Assembly (NCBI RefSeq): GCF_964213995.1
Contig: NW_027590121.1
Span: 2,480,001 to 2,544,000, forward strand
DNA length: 64,000 nucleotides
DNA from: Mustelus asterias
Lineage: Eukaryota
Direction: 5' to 3'
Within the stretch, counting starts at the first letter, position 1; the number at the start of each line of letters is the position of its first letter. The position numbers and the translations under genes are program-made. Positions 9,291 through 22,155 of this stretch are shown here, one piece after another. The notes beneath the pieces were generated by a model. The model had not been told where the DNA came from. It worked only from the letters and a program-made list of their open reading frames with translations, and ran no database searches.

Positions 9291-10571
9291 AACAATGCCT
9301 GAGATCACTTCACTTCTTGGTCAGACCCCCTTTTCAGTCCAGTGCTACTTGGAGTTTACCGTCAATTCAACAACTATTGGGTTACAAGTCCCTCACAGTT
9401 CTGATCACAACTTCATGATAAAATAATTTAAATAATGCATGAGAACGCTTCTTACCGGACTACCTACCACTGGTCAGACCCCCTTTTTACAGATTCGGGA
9501 ATCTCAGCCACTGAACACCAGCCGGTCCTGGAATAAGTTTCATTCTCACTCATTCTGAGTAAATATTCTCACCAGGTCCTCTGTCAGGACCCTGCTAAGC
9601 AGCTTTAATGGTTCATGATTGCAGAAACTGAGCAGTCACAGGAATGTGGTCAAGATAGTCCAGTCCCATAATGCCGCACATTTAATCTGCAGTCCTTCAG
9701 TTATAACAGAATATGTGGCTGTATGTAGCTGCCTCGGCCACGATCAGCGCCAACACTGCCTTCCTGAACTGCTATAATGCCGAAGGTGTAAGTACACCCA
9801 CAGTGCTGTTAGGGAGGGATTTCCAGCTACACATTCCACACTTCCTCTCGACTGTGGGTGGATACGCGATTGAGACATTTCATTCAACTGCACTCAAGCT
9901 GAGTTATTCAAATCCCTTTATTGTACGGGACAATATATTCATGATTTCTTTAAAACAGAAATTAAACATTCCCATTTGATTTCAGGTATTAACATATTCT
10001 GTTAGTTTGTTCTTTATTGTCAATGTCAGGCTAGGGTTGTTCCCCTTGGAGCAAGGAGGTTGAGGGTAGATTTGATAGAGGTGGACAAGATTCTGACAGG
10101 TTTAGATAAGATGGACAAAGAAAAGCTGTTCCCATTAGCTGACGAGAGAAGGACGAGGGGGACACAGATTTATGGTTTTGGGTCAGAGAGGAAGGGGGGA
10201 TGTGAGGAAGAATATTTTGATGCAGTGAATGGTAATGACCTGGAACTCGCTGCCTACGAGGGTGGAGGAAGTGGAGACAATAAACAATTACAAAGGAAAT
10301 TGGATGAGCATTTGGGAAGTTTCAAACAGAAATAGTAACTCTTAACTTCCTCACACCCTGTCACTCTGTGATCCGTGTGAAATCTGAAACCAGGTATTCG
10401 CAACAAGACTCAAAGAGCATCAGCCCACTGGAGGCAAAGTCATGAGACCGGCCAGTCCAGCAGAAAGAAACCCTCCGACCCTCCCCATTGACCAACTGTG
10501 AGAATGAACAAAATGCAGTCCTGGATGTAATTGAGAGCAGAAACAATAACAGCAGAATCCAACCCCTGGAA

Positions 10572-11918
10572 TCACTCATGAGCATTTTGGTGTCTCAGCA
10601 GGGCGGATGAAACTCTGAAACCCTTCCCACACTGAGAGCAGGTGAATGGTCTCTCCCCAGTGTGAACTCGCTGGTGTGTCCGCAGGGTGGATAATTGACT
10701 GAACCCCTTCCCACACTGAGAGCAGGTGAACGGTCTCTCCCCAGTGTGAACTCGCTGGTGAGTCCGCAGGGTGAATAAATCAGTGAATCCCTTCCCACAC
10801 TGAGAGCAGGTGAACGGTCTCTCCCCAGTGTGAACTCGCTGGTGAGTCCGCAGGGTGAATAAATCAGTGAATCCCTTCCCACACTGAGAGCAGGTGAACG
10901 GTCTCTCCCCAGTATGAAGGCGCTGGTGCGTCTGCAGGTTAGATAATTGACTGAACCCCTTCCCGCACTGAGAGCAGGTGAACGGTCTCTCCCCAGTGTG
11001 AACTCGCTGGTGCTTCTGCAGGTTGGATAATTGACTGAACCCCTTCTCACACTGAGAGCAGGTGAACGGCCTCTCCCCAGTGTGAACTCGCTGGTGAGTC
11101 CGCAGGGTGAATAAATCAGTGAATCCCTTCCCACACTGAGAGCAGGTGAACGGTCTCTCCCCAGTGTGAATTCGCTGGTGGGTCTCCAGCTTAGCTAATT
11201 GACTGAACCCCTTCCCACACATAGAGCAGGTGAAAGGCCACTCCCCAGTGTGAACTCGCTGGTGTCTCCGCAGAGTGGATAAATCAGTGAATCCCTTCCC
11301 ACAATGAGAGCAGGTGAACGATCTCTCCCCAGTGTGAATTCGCTGGTGCTTCTGCAGGTTAGATAATTGACTGAACCCCTTCTCACACTCAGAGCAGGTG
11401 AACGGCCACTCCCCAGTGTGAACTCGCTGGTGAGTCCGCAGGGTGGATAAATCAGTGAATCCCTTCCCACACTGAAAGCAGGTGAAAGGTCTCTCCCCTG
11501 TGTGAACTCGCTGGTGTCTCTGCAGGTTAGCTAAATGACTGAACCCTTTCTCACACTGAGAGCAGGTGAACGGCCTCTCCCCAGTGTGAACTCGCTGGTG
11601 TCTCTGCAGGTTAGCCAATTGACTGAACCCCTTCTCACACTGAGAGCAGGTGAACGGTCTCTCCCCAGTGTGAACTCGCTGGTGTGCCTGCAGGCTGGAT
11701 GACCGAGTGAATCCCTTCCCACACTGAGAGCAGGTGAAGGGCCTCTCCCCAGTGTGAGCTCGCTGGTGTCTCTGCAGCTGGGATACCCGAGTGAATCCCT
11801 CCCCACACTGAGAGCAAGTAAATGGTCTCTCCCCAGTGTGGCTGTGCCGATGATCTTCCAGCTCTGATGGGGCTCTGTATCTCTTCCCACAGTCCCCACA
11901 TTTCCATGGTTTCTCCAT
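10572..11918 (-). CDS. C2H2 zinc finger protein, 16 fingers
   Basis: ATG of MEKPWKC at 11918; 16 intact fingers. Confidence 0.9.
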   Translation of the reverse strand: MEKPWKCGDCGKRYRAPSELEDHRHSHTGERPFTCSQCGEGFTRVSQLQRHQRAHTGERPFTCSQCGKGFTRSSSLQAHQRVHTGERPFTCSQCEKGFSQLANLQRHQRVHTGERPFTCSQCEKGFSHLANLQRHQRVHTGERPFTCFQCGKGFTDLSTLRTHQRVHTGEWPFTCSECEKGFSQLSNLQKHQRIHTGERSFTCSHCGKGFTDLSTLRRHQRVHTGEWPFTCSMCGKGFSQLAKLETHQRIHTGERPFTCSQCGKGFTDLFTLRTHQRVHTGERPFTCSQCEKGFSQLSNLQKHQRVHTGERPFTCSQCGKGFSQLSNLQTHQRLHTGERPFTCSQCGKGFTDLFTLRTHQRVHTGERPFTCSQCGKGFTDLFTLRTHQRVHTGERPFTCSQCGKGFSQLSTLRTHQRVHTGERPFTCSQCGKGFRVSSALLRHQNAHE

Positions 11919-13070
11919 GGTGCAGGTGTTCTTTCCTTTCTCTTCAGTTGAACACTCGTCCACACACAGAACAGTCCCCCCACCCCCGCTGTGAATGGTG
12001 TGATATTTATTGCTGTGTAACTGGTTAAAGCTCTTGAGTCAATGCACTAGAACACACTCACTCCAGTGTTGCAGCGTGTTGGCACTTTTCCAGTCACACT
12101 GATGTTTGAAATCTTTTCAAGTCACCAGACCGGACAACCATTTCTCCTTGATTTAAAGGCCGATGATATTCAGGTCCCGAGGAATATGACTCTGTCACAT
12201 CTAGACACAACGTCTGAGATTTCGGTCTGTGATTCCTCTTTCAATTTCCTGTAAAACAAGTTTGCAGAGGTCATCAGTGTCAGTGCAGGATAGAAATTCA
12301 GAACAGACAATTCTAATTTCTATGGAACATTCTTTCCTCCCTCCAGACTCGAAACATTGGCTCTATTCTCTCTCTATCTGGGGGATAGCGTGGGAAATGA
12401 TGCTGCGGTAGATCAGCCAATTCTCAATGAATGGTTGAGGCAGTTCGATGGGCTGAATGGCCAACCGCAGCTCCTGTTTCTTATGATTTGTGTGTGGTGG
12501 ACAGGAAGCAGTGAGCATGGATCTGTCAATCAGCCTCAATCAGTACCTTCAGGAGAATTGGGAGGGTGAATATTAGATACAGCAGAGTGAGAATGGAGGG
12601 AGAGTGTGTGGGATCGAGATTCACAGCTTTGGGGATGAGAGAGGAAAGAATGTTCATTGGAAATTAGAATTGTCTGTTCTGAATTTCTATCCTGTGCTGA
12701 CACTGATGATGTTTGTAAATTCCTTTTGCAGGATATCAGAAGGTGAAGATTTAAAGACGAATATTAAACCAAACCTCACATCAAAATCTAACATAGTCAC
12801 TCAGTTCATTGGGACCTGAATATCATCGAGCTTTGAATCTAGAATGGAAATGTTTCTCTGCTCTGTCTGCTTCAGGAGATTTTAAACATCAGTGTGACTG
12901 GAAAAGCACCGAGACACACACACTGAAACATGCACACACCTGAGTGACTGTGGAAAGAACTTTAACCAGTTAAACAGCCTGAAAATACATTGCAGCAGAG
13001 AGACCGCACCCATGTTTTGTTGTAACTGAACTGATTGTCAAGCTTGGAGAGTCACAAGGACACTCGCACC

Positions 13071-13895
13071 ATGGAGAAATTGTGTAAATGTGGGGACTGT
13101 GGGAAAGGATTCAGGTTCCCATCTGCACTGGAAACTCATCGGCGCAGTCACACTGGAGAGAGACCATTCACCTGCTGTGTGTGTGGGAAGAGATTCACTC
13201 AGTTATCCCATTTACAAACACACCAGGGAGTTCACACTGGGGAGAGGCCATTCACCTGCTCTGTGTGTGGGAAGAGATTCACTCAGTTATCCCATTTACA
13301 AACATACCAGGGAGTTCACACTGGAGAGAGACCGTTCACCTGCTGTGTGTGTGGGAAGAGATTCACTCAGTTATCCCATTTACAAACACACCAGGGAGTT
13401 CACACTGGGGAGAGGCCATTCACCTGCTCTGTGTGTGGGAAAGGATTCACTCGGTTAAACAATCTGCTGACCGACCAGCGCATTCACACCGGGGAGAGAC
13501 CGTTCACCTGCTGTGTGTGTGGGAAGGGATTCACTCAGTTGCCCAACCTGTTGAGCCACAAGGTCACTCACACCCAAGACAGACCCTTTAAATGCTCTGA
13601 CTGTGGGAGTGGCTTCAAAAGCTCTCAAGAACTGATGGTCCACCAACCCATTCACACTGACGAGAGACTGGTTAGCTGCTCTCACTGCACAAAGAGGTTT
13701 AGGAGGTCATCCACGTGGCAGAGACACCAGCGACTTCACACCGGGGACAGACCGTTCACCTGCTCCGTGTGTGGGAAATGGATTCAATCGGTCATCCAAC
13801 CTGCAGCGACACCAACAAGTTCACAAGTGATTGCAGGGGTTGGATTCTTTCTCTCTCAATCTTTCTCTCTCTCTCTCTCTCAGCAGATTCGATGA
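13071..13895 (+). pseudogene. Degenerating C2H2 ZNF (9 finger units)
   Basis: His->Tyr in finger 3, His->Asp in finger 5, frameshift in finger 9. Confidence 0.75.
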
Positions 13896-14210
13896 ATGAT
13901 TGAATCCCTTCCCACAAGTGGAGCATATGAACGGTCTCTCCCCGGTGTGACTGCGTCGATGAGATTCCACCCCAGATGGGGCTCTGAATCCCTTCCCACA
14001 GTCTCCACATTTCCATGGTTTCTCCATGGTGTCGGAGTCCTTGTGTCTCTCCACAATCAGTGCACTGGAACACTCTGATACGGGTGTGAGAATCTCAGTG
14101 CTTTTCCAGTCAAAACCTCTCCTTCCGATATCCACTGAAAGCAGTTTACAAAAATCATCACTGTCAGCACATGGTAGAAATTCAAAACAGACAATTGTAG
14201 TTTCTATGGA
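13881..14210 (-). pseudogene. Truncated ZNF (ATG at 14027, ~1.7 fingers) ending in (GA)n
   Basis: [49 protein letters not shown] followed by a microsatellite. Confidence 0.8.
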
Positions 14211-14309
14211 ACATTCTTTAAATCTCCACCCACGCCCCTCACACATACACTCTCTCTCTCTCATTCCATTTAGCATTCTGCGGCACGGTGGCACAGTGGT
14301 TAGCACCAT

Positions 14310-14585
14310 CAGCTCCAAGTTCCCCTCCAACTCACACACCATCCTGACTTGCCTGCCATCCAGGACTAAGAGAACAGAAATGTTTTCCATATAAATACTG
14401 GGAAGTCTGAACCCATTGTCTTCAGTCCCCACGACAAACTCCACTCCCTGTCGGAGCCGGAACCAGGCTGTTCACAACCATGGTGAAATATTTCACTCCA
14501 GGATGAGCTTCCAGCCACATCATCATCAAGACTGCCTATTTCCACCTCAGTGACATCGTCCGACGCCACCCCAGTCTCAACTCAT
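14310..14585 (+). mobile_element. Old L2-like LINE fragment
   Basis: Degenerate RT C-terminal region (KTAYFHL-like). Confidence 0.45.
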
Positions 14586-15810
14586 TAGACCATAAGACAC
14601 AGTAACAGAATTAGGCCACTCGGCCCATCGAGTCTGCTCCGCCATTCAATCATGGCTGATATTTTTCTCATCCCCATTCTCCTGCCTTTTCCCCATAACC
14701 CCTGATCCCCTCATTAATCAAGAACCTATCTATCTCTGTCTTAAAGACACTCAATGACCTGGCCTCCACAGTCTTCTGCAGCAAAGAGTTCCACAGATTC
14801 ACCACTCTCTGGCTGAAGAAATTCCTCCTCATCTCTGCTTTAAAGGATCGGCCCTTTAGTCTGAGGTTGTGCCCTCTATTTCTAGCTGTTCCTACTCGTG
14901 GAAACATTCTCTCCACGTCCACTCTATCCAGGCCTTGCAGTATCCTGTAAGTTTCAATAAGATCCCCCCTCATCCTTTTAGACTCCAATGAGTACAGACC
15001 CAGAGTCCTCAACTGTTCCTCATAGGACAAGCTCTTCATTCCAGGGATCATTCTTGTGAACCTCCTCTGGACCTTTTCCAAAGCCAGCACATCCTTCCTT
15101 AGATATGGGGACCAAAACTGCTCACAATAGTCCAAATGGGGACTGACCAGAGCCTTACGCAGCCTCAGAAATATATCCCTGCTCTTGTATTCCAGGCCTA
15201 TCGACATGAATGCTAACATTGCATTTGCCTTCCTAACTGCCAACTGAACCTGCACGTTAACTTGAAGAGAATCTTGAACAATGACTTCCAAGTCCCTTTG
15301 TGTTTCTGATTTCCTAAGCATTTCTCCATTTAGAAAATACTTGTTGTCTCCATTCCTCCTTCCAAAGTGCAAAACCTCACACATTTCCACATTATATTCC
15401 ATCTGCCACTTCTTTGCCCACTCTTCTAACCTGTCCAAGTCCTTCTGCAGCCCCCCTGCTTCCTCAATACTACCTGTCCCTCGACATATCTTTGTATCAT
15501 CTGCAAACTTAGCAACAGTACCTTCAGTTCCTTCCTCCAAATCGTTAATGTATATTGTGAAAAGTTGTGGTCCCAGCACTGACCCCTGAGACACACCACT
15601 GGTCACCGGCTGCCATCCTGAGAAAGACCCCTTTATCCCCACTCTCTGCCTTCTGCCAGCCAATCCTCTATCCATGCCAGGATCTTACCCTTAACACCAT
15701 GGGCACTTAACTTATTTAACAGTTTCCTCTGCAGCACCTTGTCAAAGGCCTTCTGGAAATCTAAATAAATCAGGTCCACTAGTTCTCCTTTATCTAACTT
15801 CTTTGTTACC
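14586..15810 (-). mobile_element. CR1 LINE 3' half
   Basis: ORFs 14668-15675 and 15633-15810 with KFADDTK and CR1 C-terminus; 3' tail. Confidence 0.95.
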
Positions 15811-17610
15811 AGATATGATCTAAGGAGATCCATCAAAGATGCCAAAAGACAATACCGGACCAAGCTAGAGTCCCAGGCGAGCCACACCAACCCCCGCTGA
15901 CTGTGGCAAGGTCTGCAAGACATAACAGGCGACAAAATGAAGGCATGTAAAATTGCTGGCTCCAACGCACCTCTCCCTGATGAGCTCAATGCATTCGTTT
16001 TGAGCAAGAGGTCAGCGAGAGCATGCCCTCCACCCTGGAAGCCCTGGATGAACCTGTATCTGGGGTCTCCATTGCAGATGTCAGAGCAGCTTTCTTCAAG
16101 GTCAACCCACAGAAAGCAACTGGCCCGGATGGGATACCCGGATGTGCATTCAGATCCTGTGCGGATTAGCTGGCAGAGGTATTCACAGACATCTTCAACC
16201 TCTCTTTACAACAATCTGAGGTCCCTATCTGCTTCAAGAAAGATGACCATCATCCTGGTACCTAAGAAAAACCAAGCAGCGTGTCTTAATGACTATCGGC
16301 CGGTGGCTCTGACATCCATCATGATGAAGTCCTTCAAAAGGTTTGTCACGGTACGAATCAATTCCAGCCTCCCGGACTATCTGGATCCACTACAGTTTGC
16401 CTGCCGCCGCAACAGGTCCACAGCAGACGCCATTTCCCTGGCCCTGTACTCAACCTTGGAACAGCTAGATAACAAGGACACCTATGTCAGACTCCTATTT
16501 GTTGACTACAGCTCAGCCTTCAACACTATTAGTCCCACGAAACTCATCTCCAAACTCTGTGGCCTGGGTCTCGGCACCTCCCTCTGCAACTGGATCCTGA
16601 ACTTCCTAACTCACAGACCACAATCAGTAAGGATAGGCAACAACACCTCCTCCACGATCATCCTCAACACCAGTGCCCCACGAGGCTGTGTTCTCAGCCC
16701 CCTAACATACTCCTTCTACACCTATGACTGTGCGGCTAAATTTCCCTCCAATTCGATTTTCAAGTTTGCTGACGACACCACAGCACTGGGTCGGATTTCA
16801 AACAATGATGAGACAGAGTACAGGAATGAGATAGAGAACCTGGTGAACTGGTGCGGCAACAATAATCCCTCCCTCAATGTCAACAAAACAAAGGAGATTG
16901 TCATCGACTTGAGGAAGCATAAAGAAGAACATGCCCATGTCGACATCAATGGGGACGAAGTAGAAAGGGTCGAGAGTTTCAGGTTTTTAGGTATCCAGAT
17001 CACCAAAAACATGTCCTGGTCTCCCCATGTCGACACTCTTGTTAAGAAAGCTCACCAACGCCTCTACTTTCTCAGAAGACTATGGAAATTTGGCATGTCA
17101 GCTACGACTCTCACCAACCTTTACAAATGCACCATAGAAAGCATTCTTTCTGGTTGTAGCACAGCTTGGTATGGCTCCTGCTCTGCCCAAGACTGCAAGG
17201 ATCTACAAAAGGTTGTGAATGTAGCCCAATCCATCATGCGAACCAGCCTCCCATCCATTGACTCTGTCTACACTTCCCGCTGCCTCGGCAAAGCAGCCAG
17301 CATAGTTAAGGACCCCAAGCACCCCGACATTCTCTCTTCCACCTTCTTCCCTCGGGATAAAGATACAAAAGTCTGAGGTCACGTACCACCGACTCAAGAA
17401 TAGCTCCTTCTCTGCTGCTGTCAGTCTTTTGAATGGACTTACCTTGCATTCAGTTGACCTTTCTCTACACTCTCACTCTGACTGTAACACTACATTCTGC
17501 ACTCTCTCATTTCCTTCTCTATGAATGGTATGTTTTCTCTGTATAGCGCACAAGAAACAACACTTTTCACTGTATGTTAATACATGTGACAATAATAAAT
17601 CAAATCAAAA
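15811..17610 (+). mobile_element. Rex1/Babar-type LINE nested inside CR1
   Basis: ACLNDYRPVALTS, LDPLQFA, DYSSAFNTI and FKFADDT motifs; (AATCA)n tail. Confidence 0.85.
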
Positions 17611-17765
17611 GCTCCTCAAAGAACTCTAACAGATTTGTCAGACATGACCTCCCCTTGACAAAGCCGTGCTGACTCAGTCCTACTTTATCCTGCACTTCCA
17701 AGTACTCTGCGATCTCAGCTTTAATAATGGACTCGAAAATCTTGGCAATGACCAAAGTCGGGCGA
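17611..17765 (-). mobile_element. Upstream continuation of the interrupted CR1
   Basis: QHGFVKGRSCLTNLLEFFEE joins VTKKLDKG at 15810. Confidence 0.85.
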
Positions 17766-17772
17766 ATTTGGA

Positions 17773-17991
17773 ACCCTCACCCATTCCATTGTGACCTCAC
17801 ACTCCGACCCATTCCATTGTGACGTCACACCCTCACCCATTCCATTGTGACGTCACACCCTCACACATTCCATTGTGACGTCACACCCTCACATTCCATT
17901 GTGACGTCACACCCTCACCCATTCCATTGTGACGTCACACCCTCAGCCACTCCATTGTGATGTCACACTCACCCATTCCATTGTGACGTCA
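17773..17991 (+). repeat. ~28-bp minisatellite, 8 units, carrying TGTGACGTCACA
   Basis: ccctcacccattccattgtgacgtcaca units; 6 have a perfect TGACGTCA. Confidence 0.95.
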
Positions 17992-17999
17992 GGGCTTCA

Positions 18000-18620
18000 C
18001 TCTCCGATCACAATCCCTGCCGGCCTCCCACATGCAGCCTCAATGGCGGCAGTCAGCCCGGGTCTAACACTACAAGCTGCCGCTCCATTTGGTACAAAGC
18101 GGGGGACCGGGAAGTTCATTTCCGGGGTTTGGGTTTGAACAACATGTTGAGAAAGTCTCTCCACCCACCCGCCACATTTATCATTCCCCGCGCGCCGCCC
18201 TCTACCTCGTATTGATCTCGCTTCCGAGTTAAAACCGTCGGTCTGTCCGTCGCCATTACCCGCACTGCGCATGCGTCACGACCCGCCCCTCATTCACTGC
18301 GATTGGTTGGAGGACCAGTCGCTCCAGCGCGATCCTCCGGCCCCGCCCCCTCTTCCTATTGGTTCAGAGCTGTCGTCAATCAGTCCCCGGGCATTGTGAT
18401 GTGGAGCATGCGCAGTGTCATTGCTGGCCTTGGCGCTTGTTTGTCCCGGAGAAGCGGAGTCAGCGTTAGGCGGTGGCTGGGAGGATTTGGAAACACTTTG
18501 TGGATCCGCAAACCCTTCAGAATCATTGTCAGCTCCCTGGTTTGCAGCTGCGGGGCTTCTCCCTCCCTCCCTCCCGGGAACAGGCCCAGGTTAACGGCCC
18601 CATCCTGGCTCAGCCACTGG
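18000..18620 (+). promoter_or_regulatory. CpG-island promoter of the ZNF at 19398
   Basis: TGCGCATGCG (NRF1-like), GC boxes, ATTGG boxes. Confidence 0.65.
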
Positions 18621-19397
18621 AGGATGGTTCACATCAGAGGATGGAGGAGGGGGGACAATAAATAAGAGGTTACACTTTGGCCTCAAATCAATGAGGACTC
18701 TGATCTCTGGGAAGGAAGGAAACCCTGGGAGGTGGGCGGGGAGGATTCACAAACACCCGCTGGAGGCCCCAACACCCCCAATAAGACCCATTGGTTTTAT
18801 TGTCAGTCTGCAGACAGGAGCTGGAGAACTGAACCCAGACAGAGGAGAGGGAGGGAGAAAACTGGGAGTGGAGGAAAGAAATGGTGAGATGGGTTTGGAT
18901 TTCAGCCCAGGGAGGAGGGAGAGTGTGTGGGACAGCGATTTACAGATTTTGGGGAACAAGAGAGGAAAGAATGTCCCAGAGAAACTAGAATTGTCTCTTC
19001 AGGATTTCTATTCCGGACTGACGCTGATGACTTTTCCAAATTTTTTTTTACAGGATATTGGAAGTGGAGGATTGGCAGACAGAAAACGAACTGGCAAAGT
19101 CATTTTGTTCATTAGGAGCTGAATATCATTGGTCTTTGAATATGGGAGGAGAAATGTTTGACTCTTCTGTCTGTCGGCAAAGATTTTAAACATCAGTGTG
19201 ACCGGAAAAGCATTGAAACAAACACACACCCGATTGAGAGTGTTCCAGTGAACTGACTGTGGAAAGAGCTTTAACTAGTCCACAGCCTGAAAAAACATCA
19301 CACAGTTCACAGCAGGGTGAAACTACATGTATGTTGTGTGTGTGGACGAGGTTTCAACTGATCATCCAACCTGGAGAAACACAAGGGCACCAGCACC

Positions 19398-20285
19398 ATG
19401 GAGAAACCGTGGAAATGTGTGGAGTGCGGGAAAGGATTCGGTTTCCCATCACAACTGGAAGTTCATTGGTGCAGTCACACTGGGGAGAGAGCGTTCCCCT
19501 CCTCCGTTTGTGGGAAGGGATTCACCCATTCATACAACCTTCTGACTCACCAACGGGTTCACACTGGGGAGAGGCTGTTCACCTGCCCTGTGTGTGGGAA
19601 GGGATTCACTCGCTCATCCCACATTGTGACACACCAACTTGTTCACACTGATGAGAGACTGTTTACATGTTCTGACTGTGAGAAGAGTTTTAAATGCAAA
19701 AAAGATCTGCTGACACACCAATGCATTCACACTGGGGAGAGACCGTTCACCTGCTCTGTGTGTGGGAAAGGATTCATTCAGTCATCCCACCTGCAGACAC
19801 ATCAACTTGTTCACTCTGACAAACATTTTAATTGTTCAGACTGTGAGAAGAGCTTTAAAAACAAAAAGGATCTGTTAATGCACCAATATACTCACACTGG
19901 GGAGAGGCCATTCACCTGCTGTGTGTGTGGGAAGGGATTCAGCCGTCCATCTGCCTTATTGAACCACCAGAGAATTCACACTGGGGAGAGGCCCTTCACC
20001 TGCTCCGACTGTGGGAAAGGATTCATTAATTCATCCAACCTTCTGATACACCAGCAGCTCCATACAGGGGATCGACCGTTCACCTGCTCTGAATGTGGGA
20101 AGGGATTCACTCGTTCATCCAACCTATTGAACCACCAGCGAGTTCACACTGGGGAGAGGCCGTTCACCTGTAATGTCTGTGGAAAGGGATTTATTCAGTC
20201 ATCCCACCTGCTAACACACCAGCGAGTTCACAAGGGACTGCAAGGTTTAGATTCTACACTTATTGATGCTGTTAATCATATCTAG
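19398..20285 (+). CDS. C2H2 zinc finger protein, 10 fingers (finger 2 lacks its first Cys); paralogue of 5659-6639
   Basis: gcaccATGG start, finger array, high similarity to the inverted copy. Confidence 0.85.
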   Translation: MEKPWKCVECGKGFGFPSQLEVHWCSHTGERAFPSSVCGKGFTHSYNLLTHQRVHTGERLFTCPVCGKGFTRSSHIVTHQLVHTDERLFTCSDCEKSFKCKKDLLTHQCIHTGERPFTCSVCGKGFIQSSHLQTHQLVHSDKHFNCSDCEKSFKNKKDLLMHQYTHTGERPFTCCVCGKGFSRPSALLNHQRIHTGERPFTCSDCGKGFINSSNLLIHQQLHTGDRPFTCSECGKGFTRSSNLLNHQRVHTGERPFTCNVCGKGFIQSSHLLTHQRVHKGLQGLDSTLIDAVNHI

Positions 20286-21189
20286 GTCTGAATCATGTTC
20301 ACTCTGACTTTTTTCTTCTGTTGAGGTTTGATATTCTGAATAAATGTGAAATAGACATTTGATTGAATCATTGTTGTAGATTTTTGTCTTTTCCATTTGA
20401 GTGTTTAACGTCACCAGGCTGGAGCTCAGAAAGGGCAATCTGAGGGAGGATCATACAGTAGGAACAGAACTTCATTCTTGACCCAGTCCTTCAGGGTCAC
20501 GCTGAGAGGGACAAACAGCACTTTGGTCTTTTTCGTCACTTTTCACTGACAGCAAAGTCCCCGTGTGGGTGAATCCTGAGGTGTGTAAGAAATGTGTCCC
20601 AGTCGTTCTTTTCCATGGTTCCGAGACACGGAACAGAAGCTCCTTTACAACTGTGTTTAGAGTCAGGAAGAACAATGGTGAATGCTGGAAACGTGCTGTC
20701 AAAGATTGGTGTAAAACTGGGATCTATTCCTGACTGAGAGTGAAACGGCAGGTTTAGGTTTCCAGACTAAAAATGCAAAAAAGTCTAAAACATTTTAATG
20801 TGTGTGTGTGTCAGTCCTAGTTTATTGAACAGAAACTGGCTTAAAATAAATTGGTTGAAGTCGGCATCAAAGTAGCAGCTGGAGACGTTCAAAGGAGCCT
20901 GTTAACTGCTGGGACAAATAGACAACAATTTGATTCCCAGATAGAGAAGGAGCTGCAGTGTGTGTCCAAGAATTCTCAGTTTTGTTGTGTGCTTCCCATC
21001 CACTATCCTTCTAAATAAACCTCCCTCCTATCAGCCTTTAACCATTATAACAGAACAGAGAGAAGCTGAGCAGCAACAGAGTCCTGACTGATCATTTAAG
21101 AATGAGTGATGTGTTCAGCTGAAGTTTCCTGTTGGTAGTTTTCTGGGTGATCTCCTTATTTTGATCATTCTCAGTGACCCCTGGGTGTG

Positions 21190-21650
21190 AACCTGCTCTC
21201 CTCTCTTTCAGACATTCACTCACTTAACATCTCCTCTCTCTCAGAATCTCAATCATTCAACATCTCTCATCTCTCTAACACTCACTGAACGTTTCTCTCT
21301 CTCTCCAGGCATTCACTCACACTTACCTCACCTTCCAGCTCTCTTACACTCTAACCTCGCTCCTCTCTCACATTCACTTAACCTCTCTCCTCTCAGAAAC
21401 TGTCTTCATCACTTAATGTCTCTCTTTCTTTCAAACACTCACTCATTTAACCTTCCTATTTCAGATAATGCTTAAACTTATTCATTGTTTTCTCTCTCTC
21501 ATTACCTCTCTCTGAAAAAGCACAAACACACTTCATCTCTCTTCGCTGTCTGAGAAAACATCTAATTGATGGAGATTCAATCCTCTCTGTTTCTCTCTCC
21601 CACTTCCTCTGACAGGCCCTGACTCACTTTAAATCTCCTCTTTTCTAATA
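21190..21650 (+). repeat. CT-rich low-complexity tract
   Basis: Pyrimidine-skewed degenerate ctcact/ctctct repeats. Confidence 0.7.
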
Positions 21651-21800
21651 ACCCTCTTTGGGAAAACTCATTTGTTCTCTAATTCCTCCTCATTTCTCCC
21701 AGTGATGACCCTCAGTCCATCTCCCAATTCAGTGAATGTGTTAAAAATCCATAATAATCTCCTTTCTTTATTGTTTAAAATGGGAATGGAGGTGAATGTA

Positions 21801-22155
21801 ATGCTGAGACTGGCAGCAATCTGTGTGGTTGTTCTTGATGCTGTCAGAGTGAGTTCACCCTCACAGGCAGGAAGACTGTTCACGGTGATAACATCAAACT
21901 GACGCCGGCTGTTTCATTCTCAGGTATCACAACTTCCTGTTTCTCTGCTGCCGGTTCCAAACCTCACATCTCACTTCTGAGCAGAAAATAAATCCAGGGA
22001 CCACAATCTGGTGAGAACATCTGTCAATGTGACCTATATCTGTCCACAGAGTCAGGGCAGAGTCACACAGATCACATTGTGGTGACATTTACAAATGAGC
22101 CTGTTATTTCTGTTCAGAGTTTCCATTCGCAGATATAGCCAGCTGTGTCTGTGGA
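21801..22155 (+). pseudogene. Possible decayed IgH-like V gene
   Basis: Leader MLRLAAICVVVLDAV + GTGAGT; ~75-nt intron with branch point and ttctcag; patches SC..AG, Q..PG..W, QGRVT, LQMS, ADIASCVC. Confidence 0.35.

Noticed and set aside
17773-17991. CRISPR-like appearance of the 28-bp repeats and of the 84-bp finger periodicity
   Set aside because: No unique spacers and no cas genes; vertebrate DNA
21930-21965. Minus-strand FGTGSR J-like motif
   Set aside because: No RSS or splice donor, and it overlaps the better-supported plus-strand V relic
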